This document shows, one piece after another, positions 39,763 through 52,818 of a stretch of 64,000 bases of DNA. How positions within the stretch are numbered: position 1 is the first letter of the stretch; each line of letters begins with the position of its first letter. A program made the translations under genes and the position numbers. The notes beneath the pieces were generated by a model that saw nothing but the letters and a program-made list of their open reading frames with translations, ran no database searches and was not told where the DNA came from. The DNA comes from Amphiscolops sp. MND2022 (taxonomy: Eukaryota): assembly GCA_964187785.1 (NCBI GenBank), contig OZ076413.1, positions 45,696,001-45,760,000 of the forward strand. The letters are read 5' to 3'.

Positions 39763-40472
39763 TGTAACAATAAGCGCTGGCGCTTGAACCGCATCTTAGA
39801 ATGGGGGAACCAAAACAGCGAATAGGATCCGGGACCTAGATCTCCGCGGCCCTGGCTCATTTTCCCTCCGAAGGAGCCAGTCCCAGGGTGGGGGAACCGT
39901 CTTGTAAGAAACTCTCTGGCCTGGTCCTAGTCTGTAATTGCTAAAAGTAACAGGCATCTTGCATGACTCAAGACCACTGCTCAACTAGCCTCTAAAAAGC
40001 GTGCTGAAAACTAGAGGAGGTTGAACCATAGTCTTGGAGAATCTGATAAAATCGCCAAATTGGGTAAATAAATACAGATGTTAAGGGCAGCTCTCGAGCA
40101 TATCAATCTACTGCAAGGAAAACGTTATAAAAGCAAGAGTTTGAGTCATTCGATGGAAATTGACCCGGCTTCCCAGCGCTAGCGCTAGTCACCACACAGG
40201 ACACCGTGGGAATTCTTAGGCAAGCATAGGGAACACTGGTTTCTGCTACGAAAGCAACGGTAATCTCCCAGGGATGGGCACAATACCGTGTTCTGCAGAT
40301 GGAATAGACGTCTGTGCAGTCGTCTCTTGTGCTCGTTCTTCGCGGGCGGCGTCTTCTGCTTTTTGCCGTTTGATTTCTGACAGGTCTTTAACCTTTAACA
40401 TGTTCGGGTGCCACGTCAGACCTTGAACAAATTTTTGCATTGAAAATTTCGTTGCGGGCAGTTGCCGTTACA
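39763..40472 (-). repeat. Gypsy-2 5' LTR
   Basis: Near-identical to 24477-25186; followed internally by the PBS. Confidence 0.95.
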
Positions 40473-40955
40473 GTCGGCGCTATATCTAAGGCTCAAATTG
40501 TGAAAGGAGGGACCCTTCGGGCTTTGTGAAACTCCAGCTGGTTGCAAAATATTTGAAAAAATCGAAGGGTGTCTTTGGTAAGTTTCCCAAAAAATTTTTG
40601 AAAAAAGTGATTTTTGAACAGTGTCACAGTGCCGAAAAATGTAAAGGGGGGGACCCTTTGGGATTTGTTGACATCCATTGTGTTGCAAAATATCGAAAGA
40701 AATGAAGGGGGACCCTTTGGAGCAATCCGAAAAATTCCAAAAAAGTCGCATAGTGCCGAAAAAAAGTGGAGCTAAGGTGGGATCCTTAGTGTGTTTCCGA
40801 GGTTCAGGACGTGTTTTGTTTTTTCTTTTCATTTTGGACGCGCTTTTGAGGTTTGAGTGTTTTGAACCTCCATAGGTTAAGTTGTTGAACAAATGAACAA
40901 AAAGTGGACCTTACGCGTTTAAAAAAATATTCTACTAAAATGCGCCGCCTAAAAA
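40473..40955 (+). repeat. Helentron/DINE-like repeat copy split by Gypsy-2 (5' piece at 24453-24476)
   Basis: Joining the flanks restores AACAAGCCGAGAACGGCCAAAGTCGGCGCTATATCTAAGGCTCAAA, similar to the intact copy at 56172; ends GCGCCGCCTAAAAA. Confidence 0.75.
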
Positions 40956-40987
40956 GACGGTCAAAGAAGCCGCCCCGCGAGAGAGAA

Positions 40988-41554
40988 CGTAACGAGCACG
41001 TAGAAAGACCAGGAAAACTACCCAAATCAGCAAATCCGCGGTGTTTGTCTGCTGAAATCATGATATTTGCAAGACTGAAACGGACAACAGCATGACAGCT
41101 TGAAGACTGTATCCGTGCCCGGAGGTTGTGCCTAGTTCGAGCACTGGCGCCATGCCGCCCAAACATCCACTAGTTTCGCCGAACTGGACTTCGTTATCAT
41201 AACTTGTGTACTTTTGTTGTGTAAGTAATAGTATGCTCGAGGGCTATTTTCTATTTTGTCGCATTTACGCAGATTCCTACTTGAGAAATTGAGTTACTTA
41301 CAACCTTGTTGTTTTTACAAACTATCTACGCGGTGGTTGTGAGAAGGAAAAGCACAATGCCCGTGATTCCTAGCAATTACAGACTGGTTTCAGGCCAGAG
41401 AGCGTGCCTAAAGACGGCTCCCCCTCCTCGGGACCGGCTATCCTCAGGAGGACAAAGTGAGCTGATACCATGGTGGTTTGTCCTGGACGATATCCATGGT
41501 ACCAGTTCCCGCACTCCAATGTCACGATACAATCGCTTAGCTCTTGCCGTTAAA
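40988..41554 (+). mobile_element. Diverged solo LTR related to the Gypsy-2 LTR
   Basis: 41335-41465 aligns to the reverse complement of the Gypsy-2 LTR core (TAGCAATTACAGACT...CAGGCCAGAGAG). Decayed termini CGTAACG...CGTTAAA. No TSD seen. Confidence 0.55.
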
Positions 41555-43303
41555 ACATGTCCAACCCAATGCTAGTAGAGCGTTTTCTCACGTGACTGTG
41601 CCACGCGACAGTGGTTAGCCAATCATAGCTTCTTTCTTTGTGGGTATGAATTAGCTTAATTGTCGATCTACTGTTTTGAGGGGTATTGTACGAGTGTGAG
41701 CTTCATTCGTCATGGCAGCTGCATTTTTAAATTTACGTTTTAACTATTTGCGAAGATTTTCAATCACTAACTACTGTAATCATCGGTAATGAAATATACT
41801 ACTGCATGTTGATGGATAATATGACAATGGTATTCTATTAAGAAATATGATGTAGACAAGTGACTACTCCAGTCATACTTACATGTATATTTGAATAAAT
41901 GAACTGCTAACCATCACAACGATATATGTATTTCACAATTAGATGAATGGTATGATGATAGAAAACGAATGCCATGATGGCTGGTTACCCCAGTCATTGC
42001 AAAAGTGTTGTTTTATTTTGAAACAATGATCAACAAAAAGTTTTTTGGCATTCTTAAATATGATGACTTGTAGTTTCAATTACGTCCTATAGGATATTTC
42101 TTCATGTATTTTATTAATGAGAAAATTTTGAGTTTTTCCCTTTTTCTTCTATCCATCTTCTATCCCTTCTTTCAAGACAGTTATCATCACCAATAATGAG
42201 CGGAATTGAAATCGGAAGAAGGCATGCAAAATTTTTCGGTTGCATTGTTCTGTACCCGTCGAGCCAAAGGGTGAAAGTAGAGCTTTGACTGGTGTCGCAA
42301 ACTCAAGTACGATTACTTAACTTGTGTTTCTAAAATCCATGTTTCTTCTTTTCGATACCTGAGTATGTTTTTCGTCTTCGAGAAACGAGGTGAATATGCA
42401 CTGGTACCGTAAATACCGTACATATACCACGGAAAATTTCCGCCCGAAAAATTCGAAGCTGTTTAAACAAGATGACAATAGGCTGATGACAACAACATAC
42501 ATGTTTTTGATCGGCTTTTTTGGAGAAAAAGCACAGCACTTACATTGGCTATATTTTCTTCTCCAGTAGCTCTGACACGCCCATTTTTCCTCAGAACAGA
42601 TGAAGCAAATATTGTCCTTATGGTAAAGACTTTTGGCCTAGTCAGCATGTTATATTCGAATCGTTGACGTTATATCCGAAGTAAGTTGCGTTTGATTATT
42701 CTTTGAACGCCATTTTCAATTAATACTGTGTTTTCCATGCTTAGCAAATGTCAAAAGCTGTTTAATTTTCTCTTGAACAAGCATGAGAGTCATTACTTTG
42801 ATGCTGGCTGCATAAGTAATCGCGATCGGTTTACTTCTCAGTACAATTTTAACCAAATATCGGTGTAAAGTGTTTTTTATAACAACTTTTAATCAAATCT
42901 TTTGCTAGGAGTACATCAGTTCTCATGTTAATCGCCCATGTACCACAAAATTGCGACCACAATCAATGTCTCCTTGTTGAACCAGCAGCGACTCAAATTC
43001 AATGACACAGATGGCCGTAGAAAAAAACGAATAGCTAGTTATTGTAAGAGTCCGGTACTTCTTATAATAGAAAGCGCCGACTAAGAAACACAATGACAAT
43101 TGAACCAAGCATTTTCGCAATCTCGACGTATCAGTTTTAAAAATTGCTTTTAAAAAAGCAACGGCTGTCGATTTTGTTGGGAGACTAAACGTTCCAGAGA
43201 AAGGACACTAGAGTACTAAGAGAAAGTATGAGTAAGAATTTAAATTTTGGCAGTTCAGTGCACAGATTTCAAAATGCATTTTTCAAAGTCCAACTGTAGT
43301 CAC

Positions 43304-46300
43304 TCAATCACTGTCACTTATGAAGGACGTGGAAACTGAAAGTTCCGACCAGTTGGACTGATCACTCAGAGGACGCGGAATGCGGGATATTCTCTCGTTG
43401 ATATTCTTTCCGTATTGGCGACCTCGGGTCAGCATCACACAAAGCAATCGAAACATTTCGTCTCGAAAAACTTTGCTGAAAAAGCCGTAAAACAAGACAT
43501 TCATAACTGAAGTGAGGTTGTTGATAATTGTGCTGTATATTATCATGGTTATGAAAAGACCATTCCATTCTGCATCAGCTCCGTTATAAATGACGTAAAT
43601 TTTGTTGACTGCTACTGGGAAATAAGTAATGCTATATATAAAGCCAATGAGGGAATATTGTATTGAGCTTATTACCACGTTTTTTTGGTTGTTGGCAGCT
43701 ACTACAAAACCAACAGCCCGGCTGTATCGCTCGCTTCAGGTAAAATGAGGGATGTCCGAAAAAAAAGTTTTGTAGTTTCTAACTTTTGATTCAATTATAG
43801 TTTTGTAATCATCTAACTTTTGATTCAATTATAGTTGCATAAATGGAGAATATTCTCATTGGTATCCAATCACATTCAATCGGGTAGGCTGATTTCAACG
43901 TCGGCTAATTTCCGCTGTCGGCCAATTGCACGGTCGCCAAGTATGACGTTCTCAGAAAACAAATCCTATTGGTTACGTAAGACCCGGGTCTTACGTAACC
44001 AATAGGATTTGTTTTCTGAGAAGAAAATCGGCCGAGTCACTGATTTTATTGAGCGACAGCTAAATTTTAAAAATCAATTTCAATCTTTTTTGAACTTTTG
44101 ATACAATCCAGAGTTTTATTAGACTGTTAAAATTACTCAAAAATTTCATATTAATGTGAGCCAGAGCTGAAAAATCTCAATTTTGTAATTTTTTCAAAAA
44201 GTATTTTCCACGTCGTGCAGTTTTTGGCACATAATTTTCCATCAAATACTCATGCAAAGTTTAGAAATCTCCAATTACATTTCCAAGATTACATTCCAGT
44301 TTTGCTTCGTGATGATTTTTTACATATCTCTGCTGTATACGTAACATACCAAAAGTTTATACTTGACTAAAAATTGGACATCCCTCTGGTCTATTAACTG
44401 TTTGGTTTTCCTCCAGTCGTTGTACGTTAGCATGAACACCATAAAGAAGATGGCATTAGTGGCTATAACCAGGGCGCAAATTACGCTGTAATATAAAGTC
44501 CATACAGCTGCACCGTCATGCTCAATTAGACATCGGGTTCCGTTGTCCATGAGGAAGAAGGTAAAGTTTGATTGACAATTTTGGGGAATGACGTAATTAG
44601 CTATAAAGTCGAGTTTAGTTGATCCTGCATGTAAATATAGAATCATAGTTGTAATAAAGCCTAATGGCCAGGCTACGCAACTGAAAAAGATGAACATGCT
44701 GTTTTTGCCCACAATTATTGTAACCTGATCTTGTAAGGACAACCATACGACCCATATCAGGAAAAAAGCCCTAAAGTGTTGCATTCAAGGTCAAATAGCG
44801 ACATAAAATTGTTGAATTCGAAACGACTAAAGTATAAAAACTAAAGGGTCCTAAAACTTCAAATTCAGTAGTCTAGGAGAATTTTTGTTGAGTAAAACCG
44901 GAATTTTTGAAAAACCCAAAATTAGCGAAAAAGATTTCGTTTTAAAAAAGAAAACGAATTAGGGGCATTTGAAATTAAACGACATTCCAATTATTACATA
45001 AAACAGGTTCTAGGACATTACGCCCAAAGACATTACGCCCAAGGACATTACGCCCAAGGAAATTACGCCCAAACGGAAATTACGCCCAAAGAAATTAGGC
45101 TATTCAAAGAGAATAGCAGCGATTTTTTTCAGGTTATTATTTGAAGAGGTTAGCATGTTTGTTGTATGGCTCGGTCGCTTCGCTCCCTTCGCCAAGTAGC
45201 AACATTGAGGCATGGCCATATTGGCACGTCGCTCCGCTTCGCTTCGCTCCTGCATTTAGGGCACTAGGGGTATGTGAGCATAGCTGATTACATTATCTTA
45301 ATTTCCTTGTGCGTAATTTACATTTGGGCGTAATGTCCGCTTTGGGCGTAATGTCCTTGGGCGTAATGTCCTTCGGCGTAATGTCTTTGGGCGTAATGTC
45401 CGGACACCCATAAAACAATATTATAACAGTGATTTAGTTTGATATTGGTTATATTGGACATGGTTATAAATTTGTTTCAAGGGCTCATCAAATGAAACTA
45501 TTTATCACTTCCATACATGAAACTGCATTGATGGTGTTGATCTTTCAGCTCCATGCAAAGAACTCTATGGTATTGAGTGAACCATATGTTTATATGGCAT
45601 GGTATGAATTTGAATCCATTCAGAACTTTCCAGTTGGTGTATCAATTCATCTCAAGATTAAAAACTTCCGGAGATAATTTTCTGGAAACAATTTTTGTCC
45701 ATTTTCAGCAAATTTTAATTCTGTGTTAAAACCCTAAATGGACCATGGTACGATTTCGTACCAGTTAAATTCTGCAAACTTCTGCACCAGCTGACCGTAT
45801 CGTGAAGAAAACTCTTGAATAAGATTTTTAGACAATTTTACATAGCATTGCACGCCATTTCACGGAATATTGACATGATGTCTCCGAAATCATGAAAATG
45901 GGACCAAAAAATCTAAAAAAAATTGAGCGTAGATTTTCCGTTTTTCCACTTTTCTTGCCCTTTTATCCCACTGGTATCAAGATTGGGTCAAAGTGACCCT
46001 AGCATGTGTTGAAACATGCTGAAAGGCAATCAGAGACAAGAGGCGTGCAAAGTTTTGGCGCAAAGTCCGGAGCCCCAAGCCAAGCAGTTCAAAAATCAAA
46101 TTGAAAGCCCTGATTGTCTTCTTTCGAACGCGCCATAAATCGTTTTTCGGACTTGAATAGTTTAGGAGATATTGCGGTTTAAAGTTTAAACACCAGATTT
46201 TTGGATGGATCCGGAAATGTCCTGGTCCATTTAGGGTTAACCTGGCGTTTTGAAGTCAACTTGGTCACACTTTCTTAAGATATCAAAGCCTTTTCACGCT

Positions 46301-46737
46301 ATAACATCTTACTTAACTGAATGAATCAAAAACCATGATCGAAAAGAATGAAAAAATTGTTTTAGAATTTTTGATGCAACACAATCGTCCCATGTCATGC
46401 TCCACACAGGGGTTGAGTTCTGAATGACAGCCACGAGGGAGCATTCAAAAAAGTGTTTGTCAGTACTTGCTTCGTACACTTTGTGTCTAAATACCAGAAT
46501 AAGGTCAACGGCTAACTTCAGCGTGTCCGAGAGCACTATCATAGCGATGATTTTCCGGGTCAGCACATTCAACCTTTTAACACAGAAGGGAGTGACAATG
46601 ATGAAGGGGCCGAAACATAGAACAAACGAGGCAGTGCAATATTTAAAAATATTTTGAACGTTGGCTGCTTTGTCGTGGTCGTGGGTTTGTTCCGAGTAAA
46701 AATTGTTGGGGTCGCATTCTTCTGAAGTGTAGAGCAT
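43304..46737 (-). CDS. 7TM receptor paralog A (cAMP-receptor-like/GPR157-like GPCR), possibly a pseudogene
   Basis: Exons ~46737-46391, 44770-~44350 and ~43733-43304. High similarity to paralog B (ECDPN, YCTASFVLCF, LNVLTRKIIAMIVLSD, LFYGFFSKVFR). Intron-1 donor reads GG, and a TE interrupts the coding sequence. Confidence 0.75.
43747..44386. mobile_element. 640-bp non-autonomous TIR element (GAG...CTC termini, Sola-like) within GPCR A
   Basis: 11-bp TIR GAGGGATGTCC / GGACATCCCTC; no clean TSD. Confidence 0.65.
43949..44022. repeat. Perfect 74-bp spacerless palindrome
   Basis: TTCTCAGAAAACAAATCCTATTGGTTACGTAAGACCC|GGGTCTTACGTAACCAATAGGATTTGTTTTCTGAGAA. Confidence 0.97.
45006..45408. mobile_element. 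Mutator/foldback-type MITE in GPCR A intron 1
   Basis: 9-bp TSD CATAAAACA on both sides. TIRs built from 15-bp GGACATTACGCCCAA repeats. GG...CC termini. Confidence 0.9.
45732..46236. mobile_element. piggyBac-type MITE in GPCR A intron 1
   Basis: TIR CCCTAAATGGACCA / TGGTCCATTTAGGG; TTAA on the right, TTAAAA on the left. Confidence 0.8.
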
Positions 46738-49299
46738 TGTTTTTGCTGATAATAATATGTTGTTGGAAATGATAATAATTTGTGACACAAGCAAAGGATT
46801 AAATTGCAAAGGACGATAAAATGAAAAACGACGGCTGAGATAATGTCATAAATGTTCCTGGAATTAATCTAATCTCTGACATTAATTGACCTTTTATAAG
46901 ATTTTCCTGTGTTGAGACACCCGAACGGACTGGGATGGGAAATTTGACCTATTTTAAGTCATCAAATAATTGAGTAAACGAGGCGAGAGGAATATCGGGA
47001 TATTCAGACAGATGAAGATCGCAAGTTACTAACTAGTTACTCTATTTATCAAGGTATCATGATATATTGATACATTGAAACAAGGAACGTGCCCACAAAC
47101 GATGTTTAGATTGCTCTTTTGCATCACCATAGAACGATCAAAAGCAAAAGAACTTTCTCTAATTCAAATACCACTGATGTATTTGGAACAATGGTTGACC
47201 TTTTAATCCAATTATAAACTGTTACACTTTTCGGTGCCTCAGAAAAGTCTTGCCAAGAACTGCGCATTTACAAAAAACTTTTTTTGAAAAAAAACCGTTT
47301 GATTCTAAAAAAGTGTTTTTTTTTTCAGAAGTTTGCCATTTTACACGAAACCTACATCTACGCTCAAGCAAGTCCGCGAAGACGCGCATTGGAATGAAAC
47401 TAAATTAAAAACTTTTTTAATTGAATTTTTCATTGAAAGTTCAAAGTCCTAAACTTTCGTACATTTTGGAATGATTCAATCTTGGATTAAGGATACATCC
47501 TAGTGACAGTCTAGTAAAAATCTTGCCATTGGATCCATGACGGCCAGAAAATGTTGTAAGAAGTCGGCCAGATTTTTTCATGGTGGCCTCAATTGCTAAT
47601 GAGAGGGGTAACACGGGGGCTTTTGTGAACTTGCCGGGAGTGTTTTGAATGGTTTGAATTGAAACCTAAACAAGTTGCGTGTTTGGCATTAGTTCGAATG
47701 TGCTCACAAAGGTTTGATTTCCTGCAGTCTCATTATTATCTGACCCCCTGTCAGCAAATTCCAATTGAAAATAACTTTTAAATAATAATTGACATGATAT
47801 TTTTGGCTTTTTTGGACAAAAAGTTCCATAATGAGGCAGTTCACTGTTTTAAAAAAACTGATAATTATTTAAAAGGAAGTGAGAAACATGAATGTTCGCG
47901 GTAGACAAGAGTCAACAATTCTCCTGTAGCTTTTGATTGGGGCGCTTGTGACCGGAAATTTTTCATTTCTTCTCATTTAAAGAAACACCAATTCGAATAC
48001 CCTTCAATGGTAAAAGGTCATCTGAAGTTGAAGCATTGTCTTCGGTAATTTTTTTGGTAATCCAACGATCTTACGACAAGTCTTACGGTAAAATTTGATT
48101 ATTGCTATGTTCTTTCAAAGGATCTATCTTTCTTTCCAGGACTTCTTTGAGCCCTAAAGAAAAAATTGTACATACGATATTCACAAGACTTGTCAGTTTC
48201 AATTAGAAAATTGATTATGCATACATTTCTTCATTTTTTGTCGAATTTTGTCAACATGTTCTGCTTAGCATCTTGGCGAATAAGTGAAAGCATACAAGAC
48301 AAAAATTTCGATAGTGAATTTGCACTTTTGTGCAATGATATCTATCGTAGAAAATGATACTTGATGAATAAATACACTACCGGAATTGGACGCGTGTTGC
48401 TTTCTAATAAACATACGGACACGTCAAGATCACAATTGTTTCTTGAAGTGCTTCACGGCGGCGTGGCACCTCAAGCACAGAACATTTCTCTGTAACAATG
48501 GCGAAACGGACTAGCACAGACACTGATTCGTGAGGCAACACATTGGCTCAAAAAGAAGAATGGAGTTGGACAGACCAGTGGGCTTTATTCAGATGCTTCG
48601 ATTCAAACAATTAAACGATTGCAAAATCAACGTGTTCAGATACGCTGAAAGGCAACTGTTTCCGCTGCGAGTAACTCGAGAATAAATTGATTTCCTTGAA
48701 ATTAACCTGTCGCTGGGGTGTTCTCGACAAAGTATCACTATGTTCTGATTTTAGTTTTAATGGGACTAGCTTCCAATTTCAGAGGATCAACAACATTATA
48801 TCAGAGAGTCCTCTGCAGAAACTGTTTTCACAATTGCAGTTACAAACAGCGTCAAATGAGTTGCTTAAAACGAACCTGCACTAGTGAAGGTGCCAAAGCT
48901 TGAGAAAAGCAAACCAACTTTCTCAATTTTGACGGTCAGTTTGGACCGGGTTTCATCTATTTCGATCGGGAACCAATTATTGAACCAGTTGCGGGCTGTC
49001 AGAATGCATACTGGTATCGCAGAAATTCAACGACACAATGGCTTCTGTCTGTGGAATTCAGCATAGAGTAAGAGTCATTCCATTTTATTGCAAATAGAGC
49101 GCTCTGAAAACTGCATGGGGAAAATCGCGGAAGCAGCTGAAAAAATTGCGAAGGGAAAGGTATCGAAAGTACCCGAAAAACCCCAAGAATCATAATTTCG
49201 TTGGATCTGCGAATGTCATTTTGGTACTGCTAGAGACGTCGAGGACAACAAAGCAAACGACCATTGTCATTGCTCCAGGAATTTCGGGAATTCGGGTAT

Positions 49300-51190
49300 C
49301 CAGATTTCAGTTTTAAATAAATTCATTTTCATACCAGTCATGGTTCACAATCTTTCAAACTATGCTATGACCTCGAATCATATGTGCTTAAATGTTCACA
49401 AGTTCAAACCCGGCTGCAAACTATAAATGATAACGACGAATGTTAAGAAAAACATCACCTTTACATTGGAGTGACTGTGATAAATTGATGGGACCAAAAA
49501 GGAGTGACAAAAACTGTATTCGAGTATTCGCGTTCCATCGGCTTGTTCAAGTTTATGGCTTCGCCGCTCGAAACATCAAAGGAAAAGTTCAAGCTACTGG
49601 ACAGTTTTTCGGTAATTTCCCTGAACCACTCATGCATCAGAAGGCATACTATTCTATTTTGACGACTCCACAAGTTTTTGGAAGAAGGAGCTACCAAAAG
49701 AACGGAAAAATACATTCCGGAACGGTACAATGATGAATGGAACCATGATAAAAAAAGTCTTTGAAGGATTCAAATGCGTCAATATGGGTCAATAGCATAA
49801 TGTGTATCTCTAAACGGACACTCAGATCCTAGAGTGCGTGGTTGTGGAGTTGAGCTTTGACAATTGTGCTCGGAAATAGTGGACAACATGATAGGAGGCG
49901 TTGTTTCCTCGGTATTTGACAAAGAAATTCTTCAGGGCCCTTTACCGATCTGTTGCAGCACACTACTACAACAAACATGACACCTATGGGGTAATCCTTG
50001 ATGAAAACAACTTGTATGGAGGCGTCTAGGAAAAACTCCCGCTGCTGATAAAATGATCTGTAACAATCCAGGAAATAACCGCTGGAGATTTTTGCCAAAT
50101 GGAAAAGGTTGACCGCGGCTTCATTTTTGAAGATGCATGGCAGTCATAAGGATATACCGTTGTGTTCAACCAAAACTTTGTATCACGAAGGCCTAGACGA
50201 AAGACAACAGATTTGCTTGGGATGATGAGTGAATCCGGACCATACAGTTAGACTAAGAAACTAATTTTAAAACTTGCGGACAGTTAGGCTACACACCACA
50301 GTACCTAAACTTCAAACTCTATGTCAGCCTTGGATCAAAAAAGTTCATCGCGTACTAGAGTTCCGACAATCAAACTGGCTTACATCGTATATGGAATTGA
50401 ACGTGCAACAGCGAAAAGAATCGCAGAGCGAGTTTGAAGAGAGTGTCTCCAAGCTAATGAACAACTCTTGCTAAGAGAAAAAAATCTCGCGAGCAAACCA
50501 AATCGTCTGACTGTGCAGCTAGTGGTCAACAGAAATGATGTTTTGAGGACATCCCAACCTCTTGCCAGATTAGATTATACAACTAAACTTTTGCCGCTGT
50601 AAAATCGAGAAAATGATCAGTTTTAAGAAACAAACCAAAAAAAGTTGACATTGCAGCCTCAGATTGAGCCAACTTCATGACAGATTAACCTGACATTGTA
50701 ATGAAGAATTTCAACGGCTTTGTTCTAATTCGTTGCTCTATGAAATTGAACAAGTCGATTTTTACGAGGAATTAGCCATAACGATTAGCTGCGTCAACAT
50801 CTCTAGTTTCCTAACTGAAGAACATCTGTACTCTGTTGATAACAAAATGGTCACACTGGAGTCAACAGATGAACTCGCAGGCGACCCAATTGGAGAGTTC
50901 GTGGGGCTGGAACTCAAAATACGTTCAATCTTAGCTGGAAGGAGGCAGGAGCCATTTGCGAAGGGTGTTTGCCGATCACCCTCAGAAGAAGCTAACTCTT
51001 GTCCTGTACCAAATACCCATGTCCCGTATTGAAAACTGACAAGTCCTACAAGACCAATAAGATGTTAAGAGGTTCGCACAAGCATCAGCTACAAGCAATC
51101 AAGACCACCAACAAGGTGTCTTTCATCTGCTTTGGCGATAAGAGATTTGTATGAGAAGGTGGTATTTCACTTTTGCCTCTTGGTTACTAA
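49300..51190 (+). pseudogene. Heavily decayed family-B DNA polymerase of Polinton/Maverick type (may extend upstream to ~48200)
   Basis: VHRVLEFRQSNWLTSYMELN...KLMNNS; NKMV...DELAGDPIGEFVGL...SI; AKGV; NKVSF.CFGDKRF...ISLLPLGY. Confidence 0.8.
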
Positions 51191-52818
51191 ATCATAGGAT
51201 ATGATCATGTTGAGCGAAACAAACTGATTGAACCAGATTGGCCATAAAGAGTAAGAGATAACAACAAGTCTCACATGCGATGAAATGAACGAAACTGGTA
51301 CTAAAGACACAATCACTCAAGTATTTCCCGATGAAGCACCGTTGCCGGCAAATGCTCCTCTTACATGGCCATTGCATGTTTGACTAAGTGAGAATGAGCC
51401 AATCACACGCACTCAAGAATTGAAGGAAACATTGTCGCCTCTCGTTCCCCGTTTTAACCAAAGAGAGCACAGCGTTTCTGAGCCCAAGTCAACTACGACC
51501 AGGAAGCTCTCCAAAAAATCCGGTAATGAGGCAGCGGAAACATCAGAATCAGGTGAATCCACACAGGAGGAAAACGAAGGGTTAGAACAGAACGACTGTG
51601 TGATTGTCGAAACACTGACAGAAAGCGAGACAAAGTTCAAATGCTATAGAGAACATGAGGTATTTGATACACTTTTCAAACTAGTTCAGTCACGATGAAG
51701 TTGTGACCAGGATCAAGAAAGCGGAAAGGAAAGACCTGGATTTGGTAAACGAAAAAGAGAGCAAATAAAACTTTGAATCATGGTATTTCATATGCTACTA
51801 TCTCGTCTGATATGTGCTAAGTTTTTGCTTCACCTGCTTTTGTGTTCAAGAAACCACTGAGAATTCTTTAGTATCTTCTGAACTTCAGTCCGGTTGCGCT
51901 CTCGTTTTTTAGCATGGTCAATCAAATTAGAGGAGAATAGTTAGCTGCAACAACCTTATCACAAACCAAACGACATTTTAAAAGGAATAATCGACACTTG
52001 AATGGAAATAAGATATCTAAAATAGCCACATATTAAACCTAAATGCTATCCGCGCATGTTCAATGTAAAACACTTGGATGAAAGAGTAAAAAAGTGTGTC
52101 TGAAAGTCACCCGCAGTTGTAATCGCGGTTCTATAACTGGTAAATGGGCAAAGACGTTGGTAAAAAGTAAATTATTGTGCCTAAAGCCGCCCTCGATTGT
52201 CTGTTTGCCGTAGATTGGAAAAAGAAAGCATGAAATAGTTGAAGTCTAAATGCATCTTGCAATTGCTCGTAAGATTGCCTGCAGCGATGAATTGTATTAC
52301 ACGAAATAAAGTAAAAATTTACGTACCAGCATGCAGTGTTCTTCTTTTTCTTTTTTTTTCATTTTATCTCTGTTTCTCTCTCTTTCAGAGCATCCATATG
52401 CCTTGATGGACCTAGACTTCTTACGGAGGTAAAAACAGAGGATTCAGGCAAAACAACTAAGAAAACTTTTACAAATCCACAGTCCTTGCACAATCTGATC
52501 TCACATTAAAAATAATCCTTACCAGTAAAACGATCGAACGAAGAGCAAAAATAACAAAATCAAAAACATTAACACATGATAAAGTACTATCAGAACCAGT
52601 TACCGAGCATCTAGAGAATCCAACTATTTCCAAACTCGTCTTCGCGAGAGAAAACAGCTCGTGATGGATTGTGCTGGTATGAAGATTATAATAGAATTCG
52701 CTCAATAATAGAATTCGCTGAAACCACTTTATATTAGGATTGGGACTCTGTTGTTCCAACCAAATACAATCAGTTCTTTGCGTTAGTTCCCAAAAAATGA
52801 ATAACTTACGGTGGGTTC

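Larger units (their letters stand above)
24477..40472 (-). mobile_element. Gypsy-2: ~16-kb Ty3/Gypsy LTR retrotransposon with an extended pol tail and a large third ORF
   Basis: 710-bp LTRs 24477-25186 and 39763-40472 (TGTAAC...GTTACA), about 7 mismatches counted by eye. PBS present. RT-RH-IN on the minus strand. Flanks AAGTC|...|GTCGG. Confidence 0.95.

Noticed and set aside
40246..40440. ORF within the Gypsy-2 LTR (MQKFVQG...)
   Set aside because: Short, interrupted by a stop in the other LTR, and not joined in frame to internal sequence.
45006..45408. CRISPR-like array of short repeats
   Set aside because: No unique spacers; these are tandem 15-mers forming MITE TIRs with a 9-bp TSD in a eukaryotic intron.
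51420..51698. 92-aa acidic ORF
   Set aside because: Non-ATG start, no recognisable motif or exon context.
52469..52818. C-terminal half of the 260-aa ORF 52469-53251
   Set aside because: Read-through beyond the LTR end and TSD into flanking DNA; no evidence that it is coding.
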